Shown: piece by piece, positions 54,043 through 63,154 of the stretch
Position numbering within the stretch: the stretch's first letter is position 1
How the letters are laid out: each line of letters opens with the position of its first letter
Assembly: GCA_034723315.1 (NCBI GenBank)
Contig: JAYEOV010000035.1
Location: forward strand, 8,329 to 72,328
Reading direction: 5' to 3'
Origin: Candidatus Omnitrophota bacterium
GTDB lineage: Bacteria; Omnitrophota; Gorgyraeia; Tantalellales; Tantalellaceae
Length of the DNA: 64,000 nt
Translations under genes and position numbers: made by a program
The notes under the pieces: model-generated
Told to the model about the DNA's origin: nothing
The model's database searches: none
Seen by the model: the letters and a program-made list of their open reading frames with translations, nothing else

Positions 54043-56271
54043 TTATTTTTGCAATCTCGATGGAATAGCATTCCTCCAGGTATCACTTAAAGCAGCTAAA
54101 GTCAGGTCTATTACTGTTGTCTGCCCGAATCGAACAGTAAGCTTTTCCCCTCCGACCTTACCCAGAACACTGTATTGAACAGAATGCTTTTTTGCTATGT
54201 TTTCCAGGTCTGCAAGTCCATCCTTGCCAACGGATACCACTATCCTCGACGGCGCTTCACCGAAAAGAACAGCATCTTTTCTAATACCTTCGTCTATTTT
54301 TATTTCCGCGCCCAGCATTCGACCCCTGTCAGCTATGCACGATTTGGACAGAGCCACGGACAAGCCGCCCTTTGAGCAGTTATGAGCAGAATTGATGATG
54401 CCTGACTCGATTGCCTCAAGGCATGTCTTCTGGACCGCTATTTCCCTGGTCATATCTATCCGGGGATCTCCTTTTTTCAGTTCATGGACCAGATATAGAT
54501 ATTCGCTGCCCGAAAGATCGTCGGTGTTTTCACCCAGAAGAACTATTATGTCGCCTTCATTCTTAAAATCCCGGGTCACATACCTGTCCGCGTCTTCTAT
54601 GAGCCCGACCATCCCGACCATCGGCGTTGGGTCCACTGCCCCCTTCGGGTTTTCATTATAGAAGCTGACGTTGCCGCTAATAACGGGAGTTCCCAAAGCT
54701 TCACATGCTGCCGAAAGCCCCTCTATGCATTTTTTAAACTGCCAGTAATTTTCGGGTTTCATTGGGTTGCCGAAATTCAGGCCGTCCGTAATGGCGAGAG
54801 GCCTCCCGCCTGCACAGGTTATATTCCTCGCCGCCTCAGCTACAGATATCATGGCGCCATTGTAAGGATTTAAATAACAATACCTGCCATTGCAGGTCAC
54901 GCTAATTGCCAGGGCCTTCTTCGTTCCTTTGACCCTGACAACGGCAGCGTCCGAACCCGCGCCTGCCAGCACTCTGTCCTTATCCATGAAGGTGAACTTT
55001 TCATGCATCGATTCTTTGCTTGCAACAGTCGGAGAATCCAGCAGCTTCAATATCACCGCGTTAAAATCATCCGGCTCTTTGATAGAACCTTGATCCAGAT
55101 TTTTGGTCTCTTTCAGGTATGCCGGCTCTTTTGTTTCTCTTTCATAAAGCGGAGCTTTTTTTGTAAGCGCCTCGGCCGGGACCTCGCAGACCACAACGCC
55201 GTTCTCTTTTACCCTCATTATGCCGTCATCGGTGACTTTACCTATCTGAACCGCATTAATATCCCACTTTTTCATTATGCCAAGGGCCTCTTCCTGCCTG
55301 TCGCCCTTTAAAATAACAAGCATCCTCTCCTGTGATTCCGACAGCAGAATCTCATAAGGCGTCATGCCTCTTTCCCTCTGGGGCACAAGAGATACATCTA
55401 TCTCAATGCCGGTCCCGCTTCTTGTAGCTGTTTCACATGAAGAACAGGTAAGTCCAGCTGCTCCCATATCCTGCATCCCGACAACAAGACCTTTTTCGAT
55501 CAACTCAAGGCAAGCTTCCCTTAAACGTTTCCCGAGTTCCGCATCCCCTATTGCGACCGCATTTTCTATCGCGGCAGACTCCTCGGTTATCTCCTTCGAA
55601 GCAAAACTTGCTCCTCCTACGCCGTCTCTGCCCGTATCTCCACCGATGTAATACACGGGGTTCCCGACCCCGGAGGCGACGCCTCTTATGATATTTTCTT
55701 TCTTCACAACCCCTACGACGAAGGCATTAACAAGAGGATTGCCCTCATAGCTTTCATCAAAACAGGTATCCTCGCCGACCACGTTGACTTCCGCGACATT
55801 GGAGTAATGGGCCAATCCCCTGATGACCTCACTGAACAAGAATTTAACCCTGTCATTATCAAGATTTCCAAATCTTAACGCGCCAAGCCCCGCGATCGGC
55901 CTTGCCCCTATCGTAAATATGTCTCTGAGACAACCGCCTATGCCCGTAGCCGAGGCCTCGAAAGGCTCAACTGCAGATGGATGATTGTGAGACTCCATTT
56001 TGAATGCAACGCCTAAACCGTCCCCTATATCAACGATCCCACTGTTTTCCTCTCCTGCGCCGACCAACACCTGCCTGCCCTTCGTCGGAAACAGGCTGAA
56101 AAGCCTTCTTGAGTTTTTGTAACTGCAATGTTCTGACCACATTGCCGAAAATACGCCAAGTTCAGCAAAATTGGGGTCTCTGCCAAGTAATTTCTTTATC
56201 TCGTTAAACTCGGCCTCGGTAAGCCCCATCTCTTTAGCCAGTTCCACATTGACCTTAATAGCTGTCGTCAT
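54043..56271 (-). CDS. purL: Phosphoribosylformylglycinamidine synthase subunit PurL (FGAM synthase II)
   Basis: 742 aa; N-terminus MTTAIKVNVELAKEMGLTEAEFNEIKKLLGRDPNFAELGVFSAMWSEHCSYK typical of PurL. Confidence 0.9.
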   Translation of the reverse strand: MTTAIKVNVELAKEMGLTEAEFNEIKKLLGRDPNFAELGVFSAMWSEHCSYKNSRRLFSLFPTKGRQVLVGAGEENSGIVDIGDGLGVAFKMESHNHPSAVEPFEASATGIGGCLRDIFTIGARPIAGLGALRFGNLDNDRVKFLFSEVIRGLAHYSNVAEVNVVGEDTCFDESYEGNPLVNAFVVGVVKKENIIRGVASGVGNPVYYIGGDTGRDGVGGASFASKEITEESAAIENAVAIGDAELGKRLREACLELIEKGLVVGMQDMGAAGLTCSSCETATRSGTGIEIDVSLVPQRERGMTPYEILLSESQERMLVILKGDRQEEALGIMKKWDINAVQIGKVTDDGIMRVKENGVVVCEVPAEALTKKAPLYERETKEPAYLKETKNLDQGSIKEPDDFNAVILKLLDSPTVASKESMHEKFTFMDKDRVLAGAGSDAAVVRVKGTKKALAISVTCNGRYCYLNPYNGAMISVAEAARNITCAGGRPLAITDGLNFGNPMKPENYWQFKKCIEGLSAACEALGTPVISGNVSFYNENPKGAVDPTPMVGMVGLIEDADRYVTRDFKNEGDIIVLLGENTDDLSGSEYLYLVHELKKGDPRIDMTREIAVQKTCLEAIESGIINSAHNCSKGGLSVALSKSCIADRGRMLGAEIKIDEGIRKDAVLFGEAPSRIVVSVGKDGLADLENIAKKHSVQYSVLGKVGGEKLTVRFGQTTVIDLTLAALSDTWRNAIPSRLQK

Positions 56272-56384
56272 TGCTTACCCCCTAATGTTTCTTTTTCCCA
56301 TTCAACAGTAGTCATTAATTTTCAAAAGACATATTCAGTACACGAGACCCGATATTCATTTCCGGAAAAATCCGCGACTCGCAC

Positions 56385-57350
56385 CTACACCGCCTCTATC
56401 GTTGAAGGGGGTTTTTTGGTTATATTATAGGTCACGCTTACCACAGCCGGCACTTCTGTTGTCAACCTGCCGGCTAATTTTTCCAGAACTTCGTAAGGCA
56501 ATCTTGTCGGCGAACCGACTATCGCGTCCCTGCTCTCCCAGCATCTCACTTCTATCTGCAGCCCATAATCCCTTTTGCCTTCTCTTAAACCTGTTACACG
56601 GTCCTGATGCAAGATCGCCAGGTACTGAAAAGCGCCTGTTCCGGACAATTCTTCTTCGACGATCTTCGTTGCTTTTCTTACAGTTTCTACTCTTTCCGGA
56701 GTTACTTCGCCTATCACTCGCGCCGCCAGGGCAGGCCCCGGAAAAGGCGGTCTTTTGTAAATAGCTTCCGGTAACCCAAGGGCTTTTCCGACCTCTCTCA
56801 CGCCGCTTTTCCGAAGCTGTATTACAGGCTCTATCACTTGATAACCGTAGGCTTCCTGAGTATCAATACCAAGTTGTTCCAGTATGTTATGCTGTCTCTT
56901 TACCCCGGCAACCGTCTCCTCTACGTCCGTGTAGTTAGTCCCCTGCAACAAATACTTCGCGCCGCTATCCTTTACCAGCTTGCCGAAAACCTCCTTATAA
57001 AAAGCCTGTGTAATGGCTTCCCTTTTTTCTTCAGGATCCGTGAGTCCTTTTAAAGCGCTGAAAAATTGTTCCCTGGCATCGATAATTTCAACAAGGACAC
57101 CGAGTTCCTTAAACCATTCCACGATCATCTGCGGCTCATCCTGCCTCATCAGTCCGTTCTCAATAAAATATGTTTTAAGCCTTTCGCCCAGGGCTTTATG
57201 CCCCAGCATTGTAACCACGGAAGAATCCACTCCGCCTGACAACGCATTGATGGTCAGACCATCTCCTGTCGCATTGGATATCTCGTTCACCTGTTGTTCG
57301 ATAAATTTCTTAGGTTCAAGATCGGTCAATTTCAGTTCCGTAACATTCAT
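56385..57350 (-). CDS. guaA: GMP synthase ATP-pyrophosphatase subunit (subunit B), stand-alone
   Basis: PP-loop SGGVDSSV; aligns over its full length to E. coli GuaA residues ~210-525, ending ...KPPSTIE; no GATase domain. Confidence 0.75.
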   Translation of the reverse strand: MNVTELKLTDLEPKKFIEQQVNEISNATGDGLTINALSGGVDSSVVTMLGHKALGERLKTYFIENGLMRQDEPQMIVEWFKELGVLVEIIDAREQFFSALKGLTDPEEKREAITQAFYKEVFGKLVKDSGAKYLLQGTNYTDVEETVAGVKRQHNILEQLGIDTQEAYGYQVIEPVIQLRKSGVREVGKALGLPEAIYKRPPFPGPALAARVIGEVTPERVETVRKATKIVEEELSGTGAFQYLAILHQDRVTGLREGKRDYGLQIEVRCWESRDAIVGSPTRLPYEVLEKLAGRLTTEVPAVVSVTYNITKKPPSTIEAV

Positions 57351-57517
57351 TTTATTTCCTCCTTCTCGATTTTTTAAAAAAAAAGGCGCTCTTAACCATA
57401 AGGTTCAGAACGCCTTTGTCCTTCTCCGAATACTAACATTGTATCAGTAATTGTATTATGTACATTGTTACAGGATGTGTCAAGAAAAATCCTATTTCTA
57501 TCACATGTCAGTGGAAA

Positions 57518-58726
57518 TTATACACCGGCGTATTCTTTCCATTTCTTCTCAAGTTCCGGATCTTCCACCCATTCGAGAAGATACGAGGTTACCGCCTCGC
57601 CCGTCGCTCCCGTATCCCGTCCGGTTATGACAAGTTTTTTTTCGAACTGCCCGCAGATCTCAAGGGCCATATCCAGATGCCTGGCCCTTTCCGGGAAACC
57701 TATGTGTCTCAACAGCATCGCGCTTGCCCGTATCATAGAGGACGGGTCCGCGTAGACATCACGTCCTTCTCTGACCATCCTGGGCGCGCTGCCGTGTATC
57801 GCCTCGAACATAGCCCAGCGCTTGCCGACATTGGCGCTGCCTGCCGTCCCGACGCCTCCCTGAAGCTGGGCGGCTTCATCAGTGAGAATATCCCCGTAAA
57901 GATTGGGCAACACTATAACCTGGAAACCCCTGCGCCTTGCGGGGTCTATGATCTTGGCGGTCATGATGTCTATGTACCACTCGTCCTGCTCTATCCCGAA
58001 TTCCCTGTATTCTTCCGCTATCCTTTTGGCAATACGCGAAAATCTTCCGTCCGTTGTCTTAATGACGTTCGCTTTTGTGACCGCGGTAACCCTTTTCAGG
58101 CCGTTGTTCTTCGCATATTCAAACGCCATACGGATTATCCGTTCGGCCCCCTGTTCGGTTATTACCTTAAAATCGATACTCAGGTCTTCGTCCACGTCGA
58201 TCCCCCTGGACCCGAGGACGTAAGCGCCTTCAGTGTTTTCCCTGAAAAAGCACCAGTCGATGCCTTCTTTCGGGATCTTTACCGGCCGCACGTTAGCGAA
58301 AAGATCAAGCTCGCGGCGCATGGCAACATTGGCGCTTTCAATGTTTGGCCATTCATCACCTTCCTGGGGTGTCGTGGTGGGACCTTTCAGGATCACGTGA
58401 CAATTTTTTATTTCCTCAAGGACGTCGTCCGGAATCGCCTTTCCGCACTTTGCCCGGTTCTCAATCGTCAGTCCTGAAATTGTCCTGAACTCCACAAGGC
58501 CTGACACGACCTCCTTGCGAAGCATATGTTCCAGAACCCGCTGAGCGTGGTTTGAGATCGTCTTACCGATCCCATCCCCCCGGCAAACACCGATTATTAT
58601 GGGTTTTACTTCCTTGTAATCGACCCAGTCAGTATCTTTCTTCATCATTTCAATACGGCTGAGCTGTTCGCGTATCAGCCGGGCAAAATGATCTTCGGCT
58701 TTTCTTATTAAATCGTCTTTTCCCAT
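57518..58726 (-). CDS. icd: Isocitrate dehydrogenase (NADP)-type beta-decarboxylating dehydrogenase
   Basis: KGPTTTP...ANVAMRRELDLFANVRP and NLYGDILTDEAAQLQGGVGTAGSANVG motifs. Confidence 0.6.
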   Translation of the reverse strand: MGKDDLIRKAEDHFARLIREQLSRIEMMKKDTDWVDYKEVKPIIIGVCRGDGIGKTISNHAQRVLEHMLRKEVVSGLVEFRTISGLTIENRAKCGKAIPDDVLEEIKNCHVILKGPTTTPQEGDEWPNIESANVAMRRELDLFANVRPVKIPKEGIDWCFFRENTEGAYVLGSRGIDVDEDLSIDFKVITEQGAERIIRMAFEYAKNNGLKRVTAVTKANVIKTTDGRFSRIAKRIAEEYREFGIEQDEWYIDIMTAKIIDPARRRGFQVIVLPNLYGDILTDEAAQLQGGVGTAGSANVGKRWAMFEAIHGSAPRMVREGRDVYADPSSMIRASAMLLRHIGFPERARHLDMALEICGQFEKKLVITGRDTGATGEAVTSYLLEWVEDPELEKKWKEYAGV

Positions 58727-58819
58727 AATATTTTCTCCGTTTCAAAGGTTTCCACGGGTTCTAGAAAATTATTATATTATTTTAGGAGCTGATTTGCAAT
58801 GTGAAATAGCCTCTATCGT

Positions 58820-58876
58820 AAAAAAGGGGACGAAGCCCTGTTATTCATTAAAAAACAGGGCTTCCGCCCCCTTTAT
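58820..58876 (-). terminator. Rho-independent terminator (long stem)
   Basis: Minus strand AAAGGGGGCGGAAGCCCTGTT-loop-AACAGGGCTTCGTCCCC + T6. Confidence 0.55.
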
Positions 58877-58920
58877 CATTAGAGCTCCGGACGCAGTAGA
58901 ATGGAATTATGAAATGGCCT

Positions 58921-59106
58921 CTAGTTTATGACAGCCCTGTAAAGATCGGCGACTTGATTCCTGTAATACTTGTTATATATATCCCTGAGGATCTTTTTAC
59001 TCACTCGTTTGTTTAAATGGCTTACCTTCTTGCATGGTTGGTTCCTTTTCCCTTTAACCGACCCACTAAGATCGCAGGACTGTACATAGTTCTTCTTTTT
59101 TCTCAT
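58921..59106 (-). CDS. Small basic hypothetical protein
   Basis: 61 aa, Lys/Arg-rich; 4-nt overlap with the upstream AbrB-like gene. Confidence 0.3.
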   Translation of the reverse strand: MRKKKNYVQSCDLSGSVKGKRNQPCKKVSHLNKRVSKKILRDIYNKYYRNQVADLYRAVIN

Positions 59107-59309
59107 GTTTCACCTCCACTCTTTTTTGCGAATAAGACCCTGCCGTCATACTCGACAATGAATTTTACCTTGTCCCTGCTTTTAATGCTGAAATAGTTCT
59201 GCAGGGCCTTTGGTATGAATATCTGCCCCCTGTCAGAAACTGTCGCAAAAAATCTGAATTTTCGTTTTCGCTCCATCCCCCCTCCTTGCTTATAGCAAGT
59301 ATATAGCAA
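59103..59309 (-). CDS. AbrB/MazE/SpoVT-family DNA-binding protein (antitoxin-like)
   Basis: FFATVSDRGQIFIPKALQNYFSIKSRDKVKFIVEYDGRVLFAKK swapped-hairpin motif. Confidence 0.55.
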   Translation of the reverse strand: MLYTCYKQGGGMERKRKFRFFATVSDRGQIFIPKALQNYFSIKSRDKVKFIVEYDGRVLFAKKSGGET

Positions 59310-59364
59310 GTATTTATACTTGTCAAATTAAAACAAAAAAAATATAACCGTTCAGCCATTCACA

Positions 59365-59520
59365 GAAATGTTTGACCAATTCCTCGCGGGGACGCGAGAT
59401 TTTCCCGGCGAGAAAATCTCGCTTGAAGGTTGTCCTCGCTCTCCCTCAGGCCTCCGGCCTTCGGGAACCATGCCCGCTCGGACAACCAACACCCCACTCA
59501 AAATCGGTCAAACATTTCTC
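59365..59520. repeat. 156-bp palindromic structured element bounded by 14-bp inverted repeats AGAAATGTTTGACC
   Basis: IRs at 59365..59378 and 59507..59520; internal perfect 11-bp hairpin GCGAGATTTTC-CCGGC-GAGAAAATCTCGC. Confidence 0.5.
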
Positions 59521-59610
59521 GCAAAAGATAAATTTTGTGATGAACTCATTCACCGGGGCATCAGCCCCGCCCCGGCAACGTGTCTGTCTGGATAAACGAC
59601 TGCAAAGGAA

Positions 59611-59786
59611 AAGTGCTGTTTGGGCTACTCCGTGCAGGGATTTTGATCGACGAGCAAGCTTGGTCCCGCCGAAGCCCGATAGCATAAAATTATTTGGCGG
59701 AGGCGGGTTGCGAGGAGATCATAGAGTAAAATTTGCCGCTGGAGCAAATTTTACGTCCCCTGGTAGGAGTGGTCCAAACAGCACTT
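59611..59786 (+). ncRNA. Candidate structured ncRNA (~176 nt; 6S-like long irregular hairpin), strand uncertain
   Basis: 21-bp closing helix (AAGTGCTGTTTGGGCTACTCC / GGAGTGGTCCAAACAGCACTT, 2 G-U) encloses internal stems GTAAAATTTGC/GCAAATTTTAC and CCCGCC/GGCGGG. Confidence 0.25.
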
Positions 59787-59940
59787 ATTTGTGCTTGGTA
59801 TGCCGCCGGAACAACTGAAATGTTACGTGATTTTTTTAAAGCTGAACTATTACGAAAAAATTGATAAATTAAGAAAAAGTGGACAGCATTTTTTTATTAA
59901 ATTTTAAATGTTTATGAAGATATGTCTTCGGAAGGGGTGC

Positions 59941-60081
59941 TCAAGGGTTTTTTTTCTCACTCTTGAGTTTTTTAACTTCATCCTTTAGCTTCTTTATCTC
60001 TTCCCGGAGAGATTCTAACTCTTTCCTCAGATTTCTTGTTTTATGCTCTATCTCGTAATATTCCCACCAGTCCAGCCCCAT
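59941..60081 (-). CDS. Small 46-aa coiled-coil protein (unannotated small ORF)
   Basis: GGAGctgttcATG; MGLDWWEYYEIEHKTRNLRKELESLREEIKKLKDEVKKLKSEKKNP. Confidence 0.25.
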   Translation of the reverse strand: MGLDWWEYYEIEHKTRNLRKELESLREEIKKLKDEVKKLKSEKKNP

Positions 60082-60148
60082 GAACAGCTCCTTATCTCTT
60101 TACGTTCGCATTGGGCATAATATCTCATTACCGGTCTTTTACCTTTAA

Positions 60149-61717
60149 TTACCCCACAAACAGGCTTTTACTCGAAAAATTAGGTTCACTTGTAAGCTTT
60201 ACTCCCAGCTTTCTCAGGCCGGCCTCATCTCCAGGGGTAGGCATATGGGTCATATGCGCTTCGCATCCCTGCAATTCAACAAGTTTTTCCATAACTGCTT
60301 TCCCTGTCGGATTCGTCGCCGCGCTTATGCTCAATGCTATCAGCGCTTCCTCAAGGTCCAGGCTAACGTTCTTTGAATTTATAATACTCTCTTTAAATTT
60401 TCCTATAGAGCTTATGATCTCAGGGGATAAAAGGTGAATATTGTCCGGTATCCCCGCGAGCTTCTTTATCGCGTTCAGAACAAGGCTCGAGGCGGAGTGC
60501 AAAAGGGAGGAATTCTTTCCCGTGATTATAGCTCCGTCCTTGAGCTCCATTGCCGCTCCGCAAAAGATCTCTTCGTTCCCTTTTCCTTTCTCCCGCGCCT
60601 CCCTGGCGGCTTCCCTCGCAGGCTCGACAACATTCCTGTCCTCGGGCATGACCTTGAGCTCTTCCATTAACAGTTCCACCCTTTGCACGGTGTCCTTTTC
60701 AACAAACCCCATGACATACTCGCATGAAGCCCTGAAATATCTTCTTATCACTTCCTGTCTCGCCGCTTCTTTTACCGCTTCGTCATCCACGATACCAAAA
60801 CCTGCCCTGTTGACTCCCATATCGGTGGGAGATCTATATATAGACTCGGCGCCGGTTATCTTCTCAAGTATTCTTTTAAGCACCGGGAACACTTCCACGT
60901 CACGGTTATAGTTGATGGCAGTTTCATCGTATGCCTCAAGATGAAAAGAGTCTATCAAGTTGAAGTCCTTAAGATCCGCAGTTGCGGCCTCATAAGCGAC
61001 GTTCACCGGATGTTTCAAAGGTATGTTCCATATGGGAAAAGTCTCAAACTTCGCGTAACCTGAATTTCTGCCTTTCCTGTAGTCGTGATAAAGTTGCGAA
61101 AGACATGTCGCCAGCTTCCCGCTTCCCGGACCCGGACCCGTCACGATGACAAGAGGGTTCTTCGTTTCAATATAATCATTGGCGCCGTACCCCTCGTCGC
61201 TGACTATTGTGTCCACATCCGTAGGATACCCTTTTGTATAGCGATGCGTATAAACTTTTATACCCCGGCGTTCAAGCTTGTTCCTGAATATCCTGACCGA
61301 TGACTGATCATCGAAACGCGTTATCACGACGGCCGAGATATCTATGTCCCATTCCCGCAGATCATCTATCAGTTTCAAGGCGTCCGCGTCATAGGTAATT
61401 CCGAAATCCGCCCTTACCTTTCTTCTTTCAATGTCTCCCGCGTATATGCATAAAATTATATCAGCTTTATCCTTGAGTTTCTGCAGCAGCCTCATCTTGA
61501 CATTGGGTTCAAATCCAGGCAGGACTCTCGACGCATGATAATCGAATATGATCTTTCCGCCGAACTCAAGATACAACTTATCCTCAAACTGTCCCACCCT
61601 TTCCAGTATGGATGAAGTCTGTTCTCTCAGGTATTTTTCATTGTCAAAACCTGCCCTTGCCACCATGATCTTACTCCTCCTTTTTCCCGTGAGGACCACA
61701 GCCCCGCGTCCCCGCAA
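60149..61717 (-). CDS. DUF1846 / UPF0371 family protein
   Basis: 522 aa; N-terminal [19 protein letters not shown]...[25 protein letters not shown] typical of UPF0371. Confidence 0.75.
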   Translation of the reverse strand: MRGRGAVVLTGKRRSKIMVARAGFDNEKYLREQTSSILERVGQFEDKLYLEFGGKIIFDYHASRVLPGFEPNVKMRLLQKLKDKADIILCIYAGDIERRKVRADFGITYDADALKLIDDLREWDIDISAVVITRFDDQSSVRIFRNKLERRGIKVYTHRYTKGYPTDVDTIVSDEGYGANDYIETKNPLVIVTGPGPGSGKLATCLSQLYHDYRKGRNSGYAKFETFPIWNIPLKHPVNVAYEAATADLKDFNLIDSFHLEAYDETAINYNRDVEVFPVLKRILEKITGAESIYRSPTDMGVNRAGFGIVDDEAVKEAARQEVIRRYFRASCEYVMGFVEKDTVQRVELLMEELKVMPEDRNVVEPAREAAREAREKGKGNEEIFCGAAMELKDGAIITGKNSSLLHSASSLVLNAIKKLAGIPDNIHLLSPEIISSIGKFKESIINSKNVSLDLEEALIALSISAATNPTGKAVMEKLVELQGCEAHMTHMPTPGDEAGLRKLGVKLTSEPNFSSKSLFVG

Positions 61718-61720
61718 TTT

Positions 61721-63124
61721 TCAACGGCAGAATGGGTCCTTGACCGAATTACTTTTCACCTTGGTGGGATAAACACCGCTGAAGCACGCCGAGCAAAAAC
61801 CGTTCTTCAAATCTTTCACCGCCTCCAGCATTCTCTCAAGACTGAGATATTTCAGGCTGTCCACCCCTATAAACCGCCCTACCTCCTCAACTGACGACAA
61901 CTCGTTCGCTATAAGTTCTTTCCTGCTCGGAAAATCTATGCCGTAAAAGCAGGGGAACCTGATCGGGGGGCAGCTTATCCGCATGTGGATCTCTTTGACC
62001 CCGGCCTCCCTTATCGCCGTTATTCTCCCGCTTGTTGTGGTGCCCCTTACGATGGAGTCCTCCACAATGACCACCCGTTTACCTTTTAAAACATCCTTGA
62101 TCGGATTAAGCTTTATCTTCACGCCGTGTTCCCGCATTTCCTGCGACGGTTGTATGAAAGTCCGGCCTGTATAGTGATTCCTGACCATGCCAAATTCAAA
62201 AGGGATACCGCTCAATTCGGAATAACCAAGCGCGGCATAGTTGCCGGAATCGGGAATCGACATGACCAGATCCGCTTTGACCGGGTGTTCCCGGGCAAGC
62301 TTCATCCCAAGCCGTTTCCTTACCAGGTACACACTGGCCCCGAAAATATGGCTGTCGGGACGTGAAAAGTAAATGAATTCAAAGATACACTGCGAAACCG
62401 CCCTGTCCTGAAAAGGTCTTCTTGACTCTATGCCCTCCCCTGAAATGATGACAAGCTCTCCGGGTTCAATATCGCGAACGTATTCCGCGCCCATAAGATC
62501 CAGCGAACATGTCTCGCTTGCCAGAACATACGAACCGTCTTTCATCCCAAGGCAAAGGGGCCGGAACCCCCGGGGATCCCTTACGCCAATAAGCTTATCC
62601 TCGGTCAAAAAAAGCATCGTAAAGGCGCCCTCGCAGCGGTTTAGGGCCTCTATCAGCCTTTCCTCGAACGTATCCTTATCCGACCGGACGAGAAAATGAA
62701 GCACAATTTCGGAATCCATTGTTGTCTGGAATATGGCGCCGTTCTTTTCCAGCTCCCTCCTGAGTTTGACGGAATTCGTCAGGTTGCCGTTATGCGCTAT
62801 GGAAACAGAAAATTTATGGTGGCTGATCACAAAAGGCTGGGCGTTCTTGATAATACTCGAACCCGTGGTGGAATACCTTACATGGCCGATAGCGCTGCGC
62901 CCCTTCAGCTCTTTGAGCTTCTTCTTGTCAAGAACCTCGGAAACGAGTCCCATCCCCGTAAGCTGGTGTATCCTCCTTCCATCGGAGACCGCCATGCCGC
63001 AGGATTCCTCGCCTCTATGCTGCAAAGAATAAAGGCCAAGATAGGTCAGGTTGACGGCAAGTTCGTGGTCGAAGATGCCGAAAACACCGCAATATTCTTT
63101 TTTATCGACCGTTTCAGAAAACAT
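61721..63124 (-). CDS. purF: Amidophosphoribosyltransferase
   Basis: N-terminal CGVFGI Ntn-GATase II start, PRTase domain, C-terminal Fe-S Cys ligands. Confidence 0.9.
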   Translation of the reverse strand: MFSETVDKKEYCGVFGIFDHELAVNLTYLGLYSLQHRGEESCGMAVSDGRRIHQLTGMGLVSEVLDKKKLKELKGRSAIGHVRYSTTGSSIIKNAQPFVISHHKFSVSIAHNGNLTNSVKLRRELEKNGAIFQTTMDSEIVLHFLVRSDKDTFEERLIEALNRCEGAFTMLFLTEDKLIGVRDPRGFRPLCLGMKDGSYVLASETCSLDLMGAEYVRDIEPGELVIISGEGIESRRPFQDRAVSQCIFEFIYFSRPDSHIFGASVYLVRKRLGMKLAREHPVKADLVMSIPDSGNYAALGYSELSGIPFEFGMVRNHYTGRTFIQPSQEMREHGVKIKLNPIKDVLKGKRVVIVEDSIVRGTTTSGRITAIREAGVKEIHMRISCPPIRFPCFYGIDFPSRKELIANELSSVEEVGRFIGVDSLKYLSLERMLEAVKDLKNGFCSACFSGVYPTKVKSNSVKDPFCR

Positions 63125-63154
63125 AACCGCATCGCGAAAAACGCTTCACCCCTG

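Noticed and set aside
58921-59309. AbrB-like gene plus overlapping 61-aa basic ORF as a toxin-antitoxin pair
   Set aside because: The 61-aa product has no recognisable toxin fold (not PIN/MazF/RelE-like) and is too short. It is kept only as a hypothetical small protein.
59611-59786. tmRNA, RNase P RNA or SRP RNA identity for the structured 176-nt element
   Set aside because: No tRNA-like acceptor end or tag reading frame (tmRNA). No GGAAAGUCCGGGCUCC-type P4 sequences (RNase P). No GGAAGCAGCC domain-IV motif (SRP). Only a generic long hairpin remains.
59372-59818. 148-aa ORF 59372..59818 (+)
   Set aside because: It overlaps two palindromic or structured intergenic elements. Its composition is Arg/Pro/Gly-rich and typical of translated GC-rich hairpins. 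No SD or domain.
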